A DNA stretch of 64,000 nt from Macrostomum lignano (Eukaryota), in contig NIVC01000414.1 of NCBI GenBank assembly GCA_002269645.1, positions 248,001-312,000 of the forward strand, written 5' to 3'. The notes beneath the pieces are model-generated. The model was not told where the DNA came from. It made no database searches and saw only the letters and a list, made by a program, of their open reading frames with translations. Below are positions 22,866 to 35,021 of the stretch, one piece after another. Both the position numbers and the translations under genes were made by a program. The stretch's first letter is position 1; each line of letters begins with the position of its first letter.

Positions 22866-24339
22866 CAAATATCTCCAATGTAAACACATGCGGCTATGTA
22901 TTCACATTAGGGGGCCTACCCCTATGGGACACAGGTGCCTATGTACTCTTATTAGGAGTCTACGGAATTCCCATGGCTTTGCCTGCAGCAGAGTTGAGCT
23001 ATGCAAACACATAGGCGCCCTTCTGATCCGGGCCCACGAAATTTCCGTGGCTTTCCCTGCGGCAGAGTTGTGTTATCCTCTACTACTGACGTCTCAATTT
23101 CTACTCATTGATGCTTGCTTTTGCAGAAATTACTATATCGATTGTTTGTTTCCCTTGCTTATTTTACAATTTTGATGGATTTCGACCGTTCGGCCCCCTC
23201 ATGGGGAAGCCTTCGAGCCTCAGGTCTCATAAATAAATCAATTAGTCCTGGCCCCCCACTCCTGTCAGATGGTCAGCCCCATGGTAGCTTGATCGTGTGG
23301 CGAGCAGTCTAGGTCCTATAGCTAAGAGAGGGACAGCGAGAGACAAGCAGGGAGAATTTTGAAGGTAGAAATCAGCTAATCCGCAGACTAAGCTAACTCG
23401 CTGCCACCAGCCCGTGCGTCCTGGCTCACCACACCGGGACTCTCGAAATCGGGCTTCCGACTAGAAGGGGCTTTGCACTTACCTGCCAACTAGTGTCTTT
23501 TTGCTGTCTATCTCGAAGTCATAGCCGATGATAAGGGACACTGCTGGGACTTGATCGCATTGGCCATGCAGGTACAGAGGGGACTTTTGCAGGGGATTCT
23601 TGCAGTGGCGAGTCTATGGGGTAGCCACATGTACTATTACATTGCTAAATACGAAGATATGTACTTTTGGCCTTCAACGCGCCAACTAGCCTCTCCTAGC
23701 GCTGATGATAGGCTAACTCGAACTTCAGAGGCCTGGCATGATTCATTACCCGAGCCGCTTGGCGAACCTAGAGTGCACAGGGTACATCTCTGGCGCCGAT
23801 TCTGCACTTCTGGCAGTTTTGCTCACTGATTTGATAGATTGATCGACTGAGAACTGTCTTGCCATTGGTCCACTGTGACCGGCGCCTACTAGCTTAGCTG
23901 CTCATCTGAGCCATCGGCGAACAAAGAAATAAAACCAATAAAAATAACTGTTAGATTTAACCTTCTCCTTAAATCACTTCACACTTCAGATTAAATTGGA
24001 GTTTAGACTACTAGCCGTATTATTGAATGACTTCTTCCTCAGCAACAGCACTACTGAACAAAATGAGCAAAAGTGTGCGCCTAATCGAGCTACTGAAACA
24101 GGGGACAGATAAGGAATCACCCAATCAAGCAAGTCTAGGCAGCCTCTCACCCAACCAATCAGAAACTCAACGAATCGGATTAGTGCTTCGCAGCTGTAGA
24201 TGGTGCTGATGTCACGGTCTTCGCAGATAGCTAGCAGGTGATGCTCTTAACTTTGATGTTCGCTGCTGATGACCGGGGGGACTCGTCCTTGATGATGATG
24301 GGTGAGGTCGCAATCCGGGAATCAAGAAACGACGGTCGC

Positions 24340-24565
24340 GCTCCGGGATGTCTCAATCTAGACTAAGGTCCCAGGAGGAGTCGGTAGGTTTAAATAGCCG
24401 CCAACTGGACCGCAGTTTGTTTTAATGGAACACGTCGATTCTGATTGGCTGAGCCGATTTGTTAAAATGAGCGTCGAATTTTCTGATTGGCTAAGCTGGT
24501 TGCTACTCAGAATCACGTGACCGGGAGATCCTATCAGTTCCCTCGGGGTCGTGAAAACATGACAG
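24340..24565 (-). promoter_or_regulatory. LTR-like promoter block (unclassified insertion)
   Basis: On the minus strand: TGTCATG start, CACGTG, two CCAAT boxes, then TATTTAAA. No partner LTR or PBS found. Confidence 0.25.
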
Positions 24566-26779
24566 GTGTGGCCATAAATCAATCAAAGTCGCAACAAAAT
24601 GATTTATGACTTTTCGCGTAGAATTGACAAAAATTAATGAAAAAATAAACATTAGAAAGCTCTTATTAAATAGAAAGTGAAGATAATGATGAGAAAACAC
24701 TAATCGCTAATCCCAAATTACTTTTAGGGGTAAAACGCATAGCTGTCAAAGCTGTCACACGCTTGAGTGAACACGAACAATAGGCTCTGACCTCATAAAT
24801 CTTGATGGCCTGTCAAAATGATGAGAAAAAAGCTACCGCCCGCATCCTCTCAGACCATCTGGCGCCCGCTTCAACACTGAGTGAGACGCAGGTGGCTGTC
24901 AGACCAGCTTCGAAAGCGATGATTTATGACCCAAAAAGCTGCGCCTATGTTAATATGACTACTAGTATGACCAAACATTATATCTAGTATAGATTCTTTG
25001 ACAATTCGCAGAAAAAGGATAAAAATGCCCATTGCCCACTGTTAGTAGGCTAGTAAGTTTATATGTGCCCATGTGCTAGCGCGAGGTTTGGAAAAAAGTG
25101 CGTCCTCATCATATGCCCCCCCCTCCTATTTGTGAGTTGATCGCAGATTAATTCAAAAACAAAGAAGAAAAATTAGCGCACTTTTGTACAAAATCGCAAT
25201 TAGCACATCAAAGAGAATAGTAAAAATAACGATTACTCACAAATAAGTTATAAAAATATTAAGCTAACACGCGTCCCAAGAAAGGAAATCCCAAAAGAGA
25301 AAGAAATTGGGGAAAGGGAAGGATTGAAGAAAGAAAGGGATGGAAAGAAAGGTGCTTAAAGCAAACATTGCATTGCAAATACAGTATTAAGTGCGAATTA
25401 TACATGTAAGGGGATAATAAAGCGATAAATTATTGCCGCGAGAGGAGACACAGTTCAAAATGTGCGAAATACGAATGAAACAACCAGCGCTTATTTGGAG
25501 AGACCAAACTCTATTGTTCGCATTTGAGTCAATCTCAATCCGATCTGGTAAGCCTCTTGATGGCTTTATTCCTTTGTCGAGGCCGAGGCCGACCCGAGCC
25601 GAGAGGGGCGGGGGACTTGGGAAATGCGTTGCACATTCTTCCCTCCCGCCTGTGGATTATCATTTTCAGTTTCATTTCATCACTTATCATTTTCATGCCT
25701 TCTGTGCAAATATTTCTTTCGCTTTTATCGCTCAATATTTCAATAAAAAAATCGCTTTTTTAATAAAAAAATTCTTTTATTGCTTCTTATTAAGGCATAA
25801 CCTATCGATCCAACTATTCGTTCATTTAATCGCAATTGTACCTTTAAATTACCCGATTGCTGTTCCTGGTCCCAATGAAATCGCACAATTCAATGTATTC
25901 AACTGTCAAGCAACAAGTTGGCATGTCACAAGTCCCCTTTGGGCTGTTTTAATGTGTTTCTAACCGTGTATTGTGCATTTCTGTGGAGAATCAAGCATTC
26001 GAAATATTGTGGAAGCATTGGTTGCCCGTTTTTTGCGATGCGTTTTGGCTGCTCACAGTGCGGTGCTTCGCCTCTTTTGCCGATCTGTAGCATTAAGCCG
26101 AGTACTGATGTGCTCACTACTTATATGCATATATCGTGCATTTTGTGCGACTGTAAAATTGAGGTAAACTACATGTAACTTTCTCCTTGTGGAATGCAGT
26201 TTTTTTGCCAATGAGGACATTGTCAATTTCCGTTGGGGGGATAATGTAGCAAATCTCATCACTGAATTTCGTATGGATGCATTTTTGTTCAGTTGGGGGT
26301 TAGGATTGTTATTGTATATTATCGATAATGTATTTTGCTGTAATTTCCTAAAGTGCGCCCCAATTTAAAAAGCGCTCTCGCATCAAACCATGGGCCTTTT
26401 CATATTGCTTGTTCGAGGCGGCATTGCTTGTATAACTTTTTGTCTCCATAACTAGAGGGAGATACGTGCTATAAAGTTTTTATTATTGAATCACAATCGC
26501 CAAGAAGAAAGTGAAAAATTGTGCTAAGTGAGGTTGTTAAGGCAGTTAAACATTCAACAGAATTAAATAGTTATACTGCTGTTTTTCTTGGAAGATCCGA
26601 ACCGATTCTGATTTTAGAATTGGTAACTAGCAATCTTCGCCCCCCCGACGGGGGACATCTAGATAGAATCTCTGTTCTCTACAAGTATCAATAAGATGGC
26701 CAAACAAAGCCTTCACATAGTCAATAGAAAAACTGCTCAGATGAAGTGCAATGCAAAAAGAAAACATCCTAAGACAGCA

Positions 26780-27125
26780 AGCATCCCCCAGATAGCAAGC
26801 ACCTCCAGATAGCAAGCATCCCCCAGATAGCAAGCATCCCCCCAGATAGCAAGCACCCCCCAGATAGCAAGCATCCCCCCAGATAGCAAGCACCCCCAGA
26901 TAGCAGGCACCACCCAGATAGCAAGCATCCCCAGATAACAAGCAACCCAGATAGCAAGCACCCCAGATAGCAAGCACCCCCAGATAGCAGGCACCCCCAG
27001 ATAGCAGGCACCCCCAGATAGCAAGCACCCCAGATAGCAAGCACCCCCAGATAGCAAGCACCCCCAGAAAGCTAGCACCCCCAGATAGCAGGCACCCCCA
27101 GATAGCAAGCACCCCCAGATAGCAG
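26780..27125. repeat. About 17-bp tandem array (cccccagatagcaagca)
   Basis: Direct reading. Confidence 0.9.
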
Positions 27126-27126
27126 G

Positions 27127-28900
27127 CGACATGGTGGCTTTTTACTGTTAGACATGGTGGCTCTTTAATGTTAGACATGGTGGCTCTTTAATGTTCGACG
27201 TGGTGGCTCTTTAATGTTAGACATGGTGGCTCTTCTATGTTTGACATGGTGGCTCTTCTATTTTTGACATGGTGGCTCTTTAATGTTCGACATGGTGGTT
27301 CTTTAATGTTTGACATGGTGGCTCTTTAATGTTAGACATGGTGGCTCTTTAATGTTAGACATGGTGGCTCTTTAATGTTCGACATGGTGGCTCTTTAATG
27401 TTAGACATGGCGGCTCTTCTATGTTTGACATGGTGGCTCTTCTATTTTTGACATGGTGGTTCTTTAATGTTCGACATGGTGGCTCTTTAATGTTCTACAT
27501 GGTGGCCCTTTAATGTTTGACATGGTGGCTCTTTACTATTAGACATGGTGGCTCTTTAATGTTCGATATGGTGGCACTTTAATGTTTGACATCATGCCAG
27601 ATTTATGTTTGACATGGTGGCTCTTTAATGTTCGACATGGTGGCTCTTTTAGGTTTGACATAATGGCTCTTTAATGTTTCACATGGTGGCTCTTTAATGT
27701 TTGACATGGTGGCTCTTTAATGTTTGACATAAAGTCACATATATGTTTGACATAAAGTCACATATATGTTTGACATAAAGTCACATATATGTTTGACATA
27801 AAGTCACATATATGTTTGACATAAAGTCACATATATGTTTGACATGGTGGCTCTTTAATGTTTGACATGGTGGCTCTTTTATGTTCGACATGGTGGCTCT
27901 TTTAGGTTTGACATAATGGCTCTTTAATGTTTCACATGGTGGCTCTTTAATGTTTGACATGGTGGCTCTTTAATGTTTGACATAAAGTCACATATATGTT
28001 TGACATAAAGTCACATATATGTTTGACATAAAGTCACATATATGTTTGACATGGTGGCTCTTTAATGTTTCACATGGTGGCTCTTTTATGTTCGACATGG
28101 TGGCTCTTTTTAATATCTGACATGGTGGCTCTTCTATGTTTGACATGGTGGCTCTTTAACGTTTAACATGGTGGCTCTTTTATGTTTGACATGGTGGCTC
28201 TTAAATCTTTGGCATGGTGGCTTCTAAATGTTTGACATGGTGGCTCTTAATTGTTTGACATGGTGGCTTTTTAGTGTTCGAAATGGTGGCTCTTAAATGT
28301 TTGACATGGTGGCTCTTTAATGTTTCACATGGTGGCTCTTTAATTTTTAACATGGTGGCTCTTTGATGTTCTTCATGATATAGCTCTTTTATGTTACACA
28401 TGGTGGCACTTTAATGTTCGACATGGTGGCTCTTTAATTTTTGACATAAAGTCACATATATATTTGACATGGTGGCTCTTTAATGTTCGACATGGTGGCT
28501 CTTAAAGTTTGACATGGTGGCTCTTAAAGTTTGACATGGTGGCTCTTTAATATTCTACATGGTGGCTCTTTTATGTTCGACATGGTGGCTCTTTAATGTT
28601 CTTCATGGTATAGCTCTTTTATGTTAGACATGGTGGCTCTTTAATGTTCGACATAGTGGCTTTTTAAGGTTTGAAATGGTGGCTCTTTAATGTTTGACTT
28701 TAAGTCACATATATGTTTGACATGGTGGCTCCTAAATGTTTGACAGGGTGGCTCTTTATGTTTGACATGGTGGGTCTTTTATGTTTGACATGGTGGCTCT
28801 TTAATGTTCGACATGGTGGCTCTTCTATGTTTGATATGGTAACTCTTTTATGTTCGATATGTTGGCTCTTCTATGTTTGACATTGCGCTTCTTTGATGTT
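27127..28900. repeat. Composite 23-bp tandem array: tgacatggtggctctttaatgtt interspersed with tgacataaagtcacatatatgtt
   Basis: Direct reading; blocks of the second variant near 27730-27840 and 27980-28050. Confidence 0.9.
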
Positions 28901-28929
28901 TAGCAGTTTTGTTGTGTTTTAAAGGTGTT

Positions 28930-29160
28930 TTAATAAAAAATATATTTTTGCACTACTAAGATTCGAACCCAGGTCGCTACATTAGCATTCCAGTCTGTTC
29001 GCATCAGGGCTATCTCTTTTCAATTGAAGAACATGAATTGTGGCCCTTATAATTCAATTCTTACAGCAAGTCAATTGGAGTAAAAAGTTATGACATAATC
29101 AATTTCTCAGTCAGCCAGTATCAGTCTCAATTTAAGTTAGCAATATGGCTACACAATTTC
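28930..29160 (-). repeat. Right copy of the diverged tRNA-like inverted repeat (partner 12915-13130)
   Basis: cactactaagattcgaacccaggtcgc is the exact reverse complement of the left core; flanks remain alignable by eye. Confidence 0.75.
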
Positions 29161-29339
29161 AATCAAGTCGTGTGTGCATTTCTTTGACACTGTTTTCAAC
29201 TTGTGATGCAATCTTTATCACAATTGAAATTCAGTCAGTGAGTTTTTTCTCTCGCATTTTTACAATGCATTTCAGGTCAAAAGAGCTGCTTGACCTTTGC
29301 AAAAAAGCATGTTTTTCGAATATTTAATCCCTTTAACAT

Positions 29340-29490
29340 TGAGCAATTTCTTAGCCAAGATGCATGTACCGTGCCAGGAAAATTTCTGATCGAATGGTGC
29401 AAGTTTGAAGAAAATCGGTTGAGCCAATTTTTCTGAAATCTATCGCATAGCTACAGACATTTCATTTTTAGTATATGGGAGAAGATATTG
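29340..29490 (+). mobile_element. Possible Helentron/DINE-like non-autonomous element 3' end
   Basis: aagtttgaagaaaatcggttgagcc...acagacatttcatttttagtatat..agat resembles such termini; weak. Confidence 0.25.
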
Positions 29491-29654
29491 AGGTGGGGGT
29501 GGAGAAGATAAAACAAAATTTGATATTGGAGGTCAGCCGCGGTAATTCTTCGAAACCGGTAGCGTTGCGTTCGCACGAATAAAAACCGGAAAATCGCGCA
29601 GACGAATCACAACGAAATTCTTCTCCTTTTACTCCGACTGCCGGGTTCTCAAGT

Positions 29655-30100
29655 CCGGGGGGAGGGTAGTTGTAATCGTAGCGGAGCGGTCCTAGAGCGG
29701 CACGGTCGTTCAGTTGTAGGAACTCCGGAGTTTCTGCCTCCGTAAATTAATGCGTCAAAGTGTTGAACTCGTTACTTTTGGTAGGGTAGTTGCTGCCACC
29801 ACCGTATTTTACGTATTACGGAACGTTCAATGGTCTCAGAGCTTTCTTTGAGTTGAGACTGATTGGTTATTTTACGCCCCACGGGCAAAGGATTCAAGAT
29901 AGGCTATGGCTTATATTAACTGGATAAGTATTAACTGATGAATTGACCGTCTGTTTATTATTAACGCAAAGAAAGTTACTAATTCAGGCAGGTTATTATT
30001 GTTAAGAAAATTAAGCTACAGACGAAAATGAGTTCGTGGGTGCCGGTGCGCTAATAAACTAAGGATGAATTAAACTGTAACTGAAACACACGAAAACACA
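29655..30100 (+). mobile_element. Polypurine tract plus LTR-like segment (LTR start TGTAATC at 29671); right end uncertain
   Basis: ggggggagggtagt immediately followed by tgtaatcg; aataaa near 30053. Does not match the LTR at 33229, so it belongs to a different family. Confidence 0.4.
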
Positions 30101-31000
30101 AGCGCGAGCGAGAACAACGGAAACGAAAACGGAAAACAAAAAAACGGAAGACGAAAAAACGGGAGGAAGAAAAAGAGAGAGAGAGAATTCAACCGAAAAC
30201 ACACTTATATATACAATGAAATTATTAAATTCCCAGGTGTGGGGCCAGGACTTATCAACACCGGGGCCACACACGTGTCCACATTCAGGTTATAAAACAA
30301 AAGCCGCAAAAATACACACAAAATTATTAAACTCAACCGATGAAAATTTATATTGACCAACTAAGGAAAATAACTATAACAACCAATGGTCCAAACACGG
30401 GGCCAACCGGGGGGAAAAGGGTGAGGTCACCGTCTGCCGTTGGCCGCAAGGGGTGTTGCTATTGCCCGGCCCGGCGGTCTTGTTACTTTGGTTTTTAACT
30501 TAATTTAAAAAATAGAGCATCAGAAGTTCATTAAATTAACAATCAATATTTTACAATGTAGTAAACTCACAATTGACTCTAAAAATATGCGGCATTCTGG
30601 TCAGTATTTTTGTTTCACTTATTTACTAAAATAGATTTACATTGGCTAAATAGGGGCCGCCCGGGCCGGGCCGGGCCGCGAAATAGCAACAGCCGGCCGC
30701 AAGGGTTGGAAACTTACAAAAAAATGGCACGCAATTAAAAATAGAAAAATTATTAAAATATTATTAAATGGTGGCAACCCCACTGCCACAATATGAAAAG
30801 CCTCCATGTTGGTACTGAAAGCGGAGAAGTGACTCGGCACCTCGAAATATAAAGTCATAATTGCGTTTGATTGACGTCTCGACAAAGTGCAAGTCTTACA
30901 ACTCTCGTTTTGTTCTGTCTAATCTGCGCGCGCGTTCTTTAACTTCTTCCCCTGGCTTTGTCCGTGACGCTGCTGCTAAAACAACAGCCTCTAAAGACAT

Positions 31001-32485
31001 TTGCGAAGAGTCAATTTATTTTCTGGATTTTCTGGATTCTTAGAAATCATTCCTGTGAGAGACGTAACTGCTGAGACAACCGCAGCAGCGATCCTGACGG
31101 AGTGGATTGCTCGCTACGGCACAATGGAGCAATTGGTCTCGGACAATGGGACAGCGTTTATCAATAGCATTGTAGCCGAGTTAACCCGCTTGTTAGAAAT
31201 TGACACTGTTAGAATTACTGCCCGTCGCCCTCAGGCCAATGGCAAAGTGGAGCGTACGATCCAAACCATCAAAAGTCAAGTCCGTGCAGTCACTGCTGAA
31301 AGGCATGTGACCTGGCCTTTTGCCGCGAGATGCGCAGGGATGAGCATTAGGTCATTAGAATCCGAGTCCACCGGCATGACGCCTGCCAAGCTTTTCTTAG
31401 GCCGGGAATTCCAGATGCCGCTAGATTTGATGTACAACCCACCTAGGCAAGAGCGCTATGACCCAGCCAGTTGTGCACACCTGCTCCACCGAACTCTAGT
31501 TGAAGCCTCTGCCACCGCCAGAGCTGTTAGGAAGAAGGCGCAGTCTAGACAGAAGAGGTACTACGATCGGTCAGTGTTTAAATCCAGTTTTGAGGTAGGA
31601 GAGCTCGTGTGGGTGTTAAACCCCGACCACAAGGGCCTCGATCCTTCGGTCTGGCTTGGGCCGTACAAGGTCGCGCAGAAAATTTCAGAGAGAAATTATC
31701 GGTTAGTTCCTGAGTTAGCGTGTGAGAATCAGTTTAAAACTCCGAATCCGAGCCACAATATTTACAATGTAGATCGTATGAAAAGGTGCATTCGCCAGTC
31801 TAGTTATCAGGATGTCGCCGACAGGTTTGGATTAGAATTGGTTGCGAGGATGCCTCATTCCTCGAGGTTAGGACAGGGTGATGAAGACTCTAGGCAGTTG
31901 AGCTGTAGTTCTGACTGCTCTGATTGGGTGTCAGGATTCGATCCGGGTCCAGTCTGTCCGGGTGAGCAGCAGACAGTTCCTCCTCCGAGTCAGCACTCCA
32001 TTCAGCATCAGAGTGCTCAGTCGGCATCTGAACCAGACACGGAGCCAGCCATAGGAACAGTAGCAGATTCGGCAACAGAGCTAGTCACGGAACCGGTTAC
32101 TCAGCCAATCACAGAACAGATCACTCAGCCAATCACAGAACAGATCACTCAGCCAATCACAGAACAGATCACTCAGCCAATCACAGAACAGATCACTGAG
32201 CCAATCACAGAGCAAGCCATTGAGCCAGTCACAGAACACATCGTGCAGCCACGCACGGAGCCTGCAGAAAATTTGCCAGATAAAGTCAGAACTGAAGCAC
32301 AAGCGACAGAGCAACCACAACCTGAGGCACCAGTAGCACAAGAACAGAAAGTTTCAGAACAGCACGAGCAAGCCACTCAAGAACAGCCAGCTGTCACAAC
32401 CACAAGGTCTGGTCGCGCAATTAGACCGCCCATCAGGTTTCGTTCCTTGCTGGCTAATCTTTTTGGTAAAGGTAGCGAGGAGTAG
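31001..32485 (+). pseudogene. Ty3/Gypsy integrase (core plus GPY/F domain plus repetitive tail), 5'-deleted
   Basis: VSDNGTAF, PQANGKVER, TGMTPAKLFLG, RQKRYYD, WLGPYKV and terminal TTRSGRAIRPP. The first catalytic Asp reads N (VNLF) next to a 9-bp duplication; TEQITQPI repeats in the tail. Confidence 0.88.
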
Positions 32486-32934
32486 GAATTTTGACGTGTC
32501 GTGTGCTGTGTGCCTGTGTTCTGCACGCCTGTTAGGGGTTCCATTATTCAATTGTCAAATGTCATCTTAAATTTATCGTAGGTTAGTCTAGTTTATTGCC
32601 GCGATCATAGCCCTTAATCCTCGGATTGGGTTTTTTGATCCTAGTTAGGTTTGTCTAGAAATGGCTTAGTTAGATAGGAGTTCAGTCTGACTGTGGCCGT
32701 TGGGCTGCAGTCTGTGTCGGCGAAGCTGTCGCCGCGCTGCCGAGACATTCGAATTTGCCGCCGGTCTTTTGAATTTGCCAACGTTGAATTACAGTTGCTG
32801 CCGTGTATTTAACTCTATTGGCCGTTTGCATTTTATATTTCCTTTTGTCAGTTGTCACAAAATATTTTCAAAAATACAAAAAAATATTGATTATTGAATA
32901 TTGTTACAGGTATACCAGCTATTGATCGTTCGTT

Positions 32935-33075
32935 GTTCGAATATTGCTTCGATTTTGCCAATGTGTTCGATTATGCCAATGTGTTCGATTTTGCCAATGT
33001 GTTCGATTTTTGCCAATGTGTTCGATTTTGCCAATGTGTTCGATTTTTGCCAATGTGTCGATTTTTGCCAATGGT
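32935..33075. repeat. 18-19-bp tandem repeat (ttcgattttgccaatgtg) in the Gypsy 3' UTR
   Basis: Direct reading, about 7 copies. Confidence 0.85.
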
Positions 33076-33214
33076 GTCGATTTGCTGTTGCCAACTTTCC
33101 GGGCCAATTGAGCCTATAATTAAAATTCCGTCAATAGCCAATAGATAAGTTTATATCGTTATTAAATTTTGGTCATGTGCTTCGATATTACTGTAAGTAG
33201 CTGTATTGCTTTTT

Positions 33215-33689
33215 TGAGGAGAGGCGAGTGTAACGATGTTGATATTTATTTCTGAAAATATTCTAGTGTTATTAATGCCTTTTTAGTATTATATTATTAC
33301 TCTAGCTACTATTTATTAAACGAATCTTAAATTTATTCTATATTTATACATTAAATTTGTTTTACTGTATCATTCATAGAAATACGGGTATTGCATTATT
33401 TAAAAGTGGGTTATATCGCATTTTTGTTCTCTAGTGTTTCTTCTTGTCTCGCTGGGCTCGTGTGTGCTGTTGGTTTGTCCGCCGCGTTGTGCCTATTCGC
33501 CATACTTAGTACTTACTACCAATAATTTAACAGCAACAATTAACTCCTGTCTTCAAATAAATAATATAATACGGTTAAATACAATCGAAGTATTTAGTCG
33601 AAGTTAAAATTCTAAACTTTCTTGCTACGTAGACTCATTTATTGATAAGTGCATAGCCGTCAGCACCGAACAAGAAGGGTCGCGTCACA
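33215..33689 (+). mobile_element. PPT plus putative 3' LTR of the Gypsy remnant (TG at 33229 ... CA at 33689)
   Basis: gaggagaggcgag followed by tgtaacg; ends cgcgtcaca; contains aataaa. Confidence 0.55.
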
Positions 33690-34369
33690 ACTGAACCAAA
33701 TATACTATGCCTATAAATTGTATTAAATGAAGTTGTGCATCACAATAAGTTTAATTTTTAGACTTTAGAAATTTAGAATATTGTTGTTTTGTCTGTCTTG
33801 CTACAGATTGTTTTTATAGCAGTAAGGGCCTAACTCTATTGAAGCCTTAAGAGCTTATATATATTTTATACATAACTCAGTCATAGTAATAGTGCTAATT
33901 GTAAAAGTGAATTTAGAAATCTTGAGAGTATTAACTGATATTAAAATACAGGTAAGAGTTTAATTAAATTATTTAATCCTTCTAATCATATTAATAGCAA
34001 AGGCAATTTTCCTGCTTCAAATTATTTTTAAGAATCATTTTTTATTTTGCTTTTTAATTTATTACTTTCACTTTACTTTTGCAGGTCCTGATGTGGATTC
34101 CAGACAGGGTTGAACAGAATCAGTGTTGGCTACTTGCAAGTTCAAGTCGAGACTGCTGGCTTGCATGCTGAGCAAGAATATTAATTTCTCACAATCAAAT
34201 TATTTTACTTGTGCTTGTAATTTCGTGCTTTAGCTAAATAAAAAATGTTCTGTTAAATATATAGCCACTTAGAATGAATAGCAGTTTTATAAAGACAAGT
34301 TTGGTTGAATCATAATTGCACTGTGATATGTGTCACATTTTTTACTCTTTTTTAACTCTCGCAAAATGG

Positions 34370-34615
34370 ACCTTTTATCACGAATTGGACGTTCAAAGTG
34401 GACCTTTTAATTTGGACCTTATTTAAAAAATGGACCTTGTAAGGTCCAAAAATATCGACGCTGCGGACCTTACAAATTGGACCTTGTATAGACCTTTTTT
34501 CGACCTTTTAATTTGGACCTTATTTAAAAAATGGACCTTGTAAGGTCCAAAAATATTGATGCTGCGGACCTTACAAATTGGACCTTGCATGGACCTTTTT
34601 TTGGACCTTTTTAAT
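34370..34615. repeat. GGACCT-rich block: about 101-bp unit x2 with internal palindrome ggaccttgtaaggtcc
   Basis: Unit starts at 34408 and 34509; abuts the last ORF of element 2. Confidence 0.8.
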
Positions 34616-35021
34616 TTACAGTGTACAGCGCCACTTTGGCCAGGGCGCAGGGCAGCACATACTTTGAGGCACTCGAAAAGGCCAGGTGTGCGAGGTCGTA
34701 GACAGGCTGCAGCAGCAGACGCAACAGGAACTGGCACTTGACATCCCCCTTGCTAAAAATCAGGCCTTGCAAGTGAGAGATATCACTCCAGAGACAAGAG
34801 TAGGGTCGGAACCCACTCCTGTCCCAGTCTAGACTGTGCCGCTTATTGGTGAGCCAGTAGCAGGTTCGTCGCTGTCCTCGATCAAAGCAATAGTAATGAG
34901 CCGTCGTTTGACCGCATGCAAACTCAACCCATGCAATTTCCTTAATCACAAAGTCCTCTGTTTTGTAGAGGTGCGGAAATCCTTTAAAATCAATGAAAAT
35001 CATCTTGGCCACTTGATCCAC
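34611..35021 (-). CDS. DEDD-like conserved accessory protein of element 2 (homologue of 18500-18988); probably 3'-truncated
   Basis: MIFIDFKGF..FVIKEIAWVE..HSLDWD..FSKGDVKCQFL..VYDL. Confidence 0.6.
   Translation of the reverse strand: MDQVAKMIFIDFKGFPHLYKTEDFVIKEIAWVEFACGQTTAHYYCFDRGQRRTCYWLTNKRHSLDWDRSGFRPYSCLWSDISHLQGLIFSKGDVKCQFLLRLLLQPVYDLAHLAFSSASKYVLPCALAKVALYTVN

Larger units (their letters stand above)
14135..22870. mobile_element. Polinton/Maverick (adintovirus-like) element 1, decayed; may extend to the inverted repeats at 12915 and 29160
   Basis: pPolB (+) convergent with a minus-strand cluster PC4, MCP, protease, ATPase, three conserved ORFs, TBP. No integrase or penton visible. 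Confidence 0.9.

Noticed and set aside
22880-24565. Full LTR retrotransposon or gag fragment inside element 1
   Set aside because: No paired LTR, PBS, TSD or coding motif found; only a promoter-like block was kept, at low confidence.
31001-32485. Gypsy integrase as the missing Polinton integrase
   Set aside because: It has a GPY/F domain, Gypsy-type tail, PPT and LTR, lacks the Maverick chromodomain tail, and lies on the opposite strand outside both gene clusters.
33940-34200. Isolated donor/acceptor pair suggesting a small host gene
   Set aside because: The putative exon stops after a few codons and has no recognisable product.
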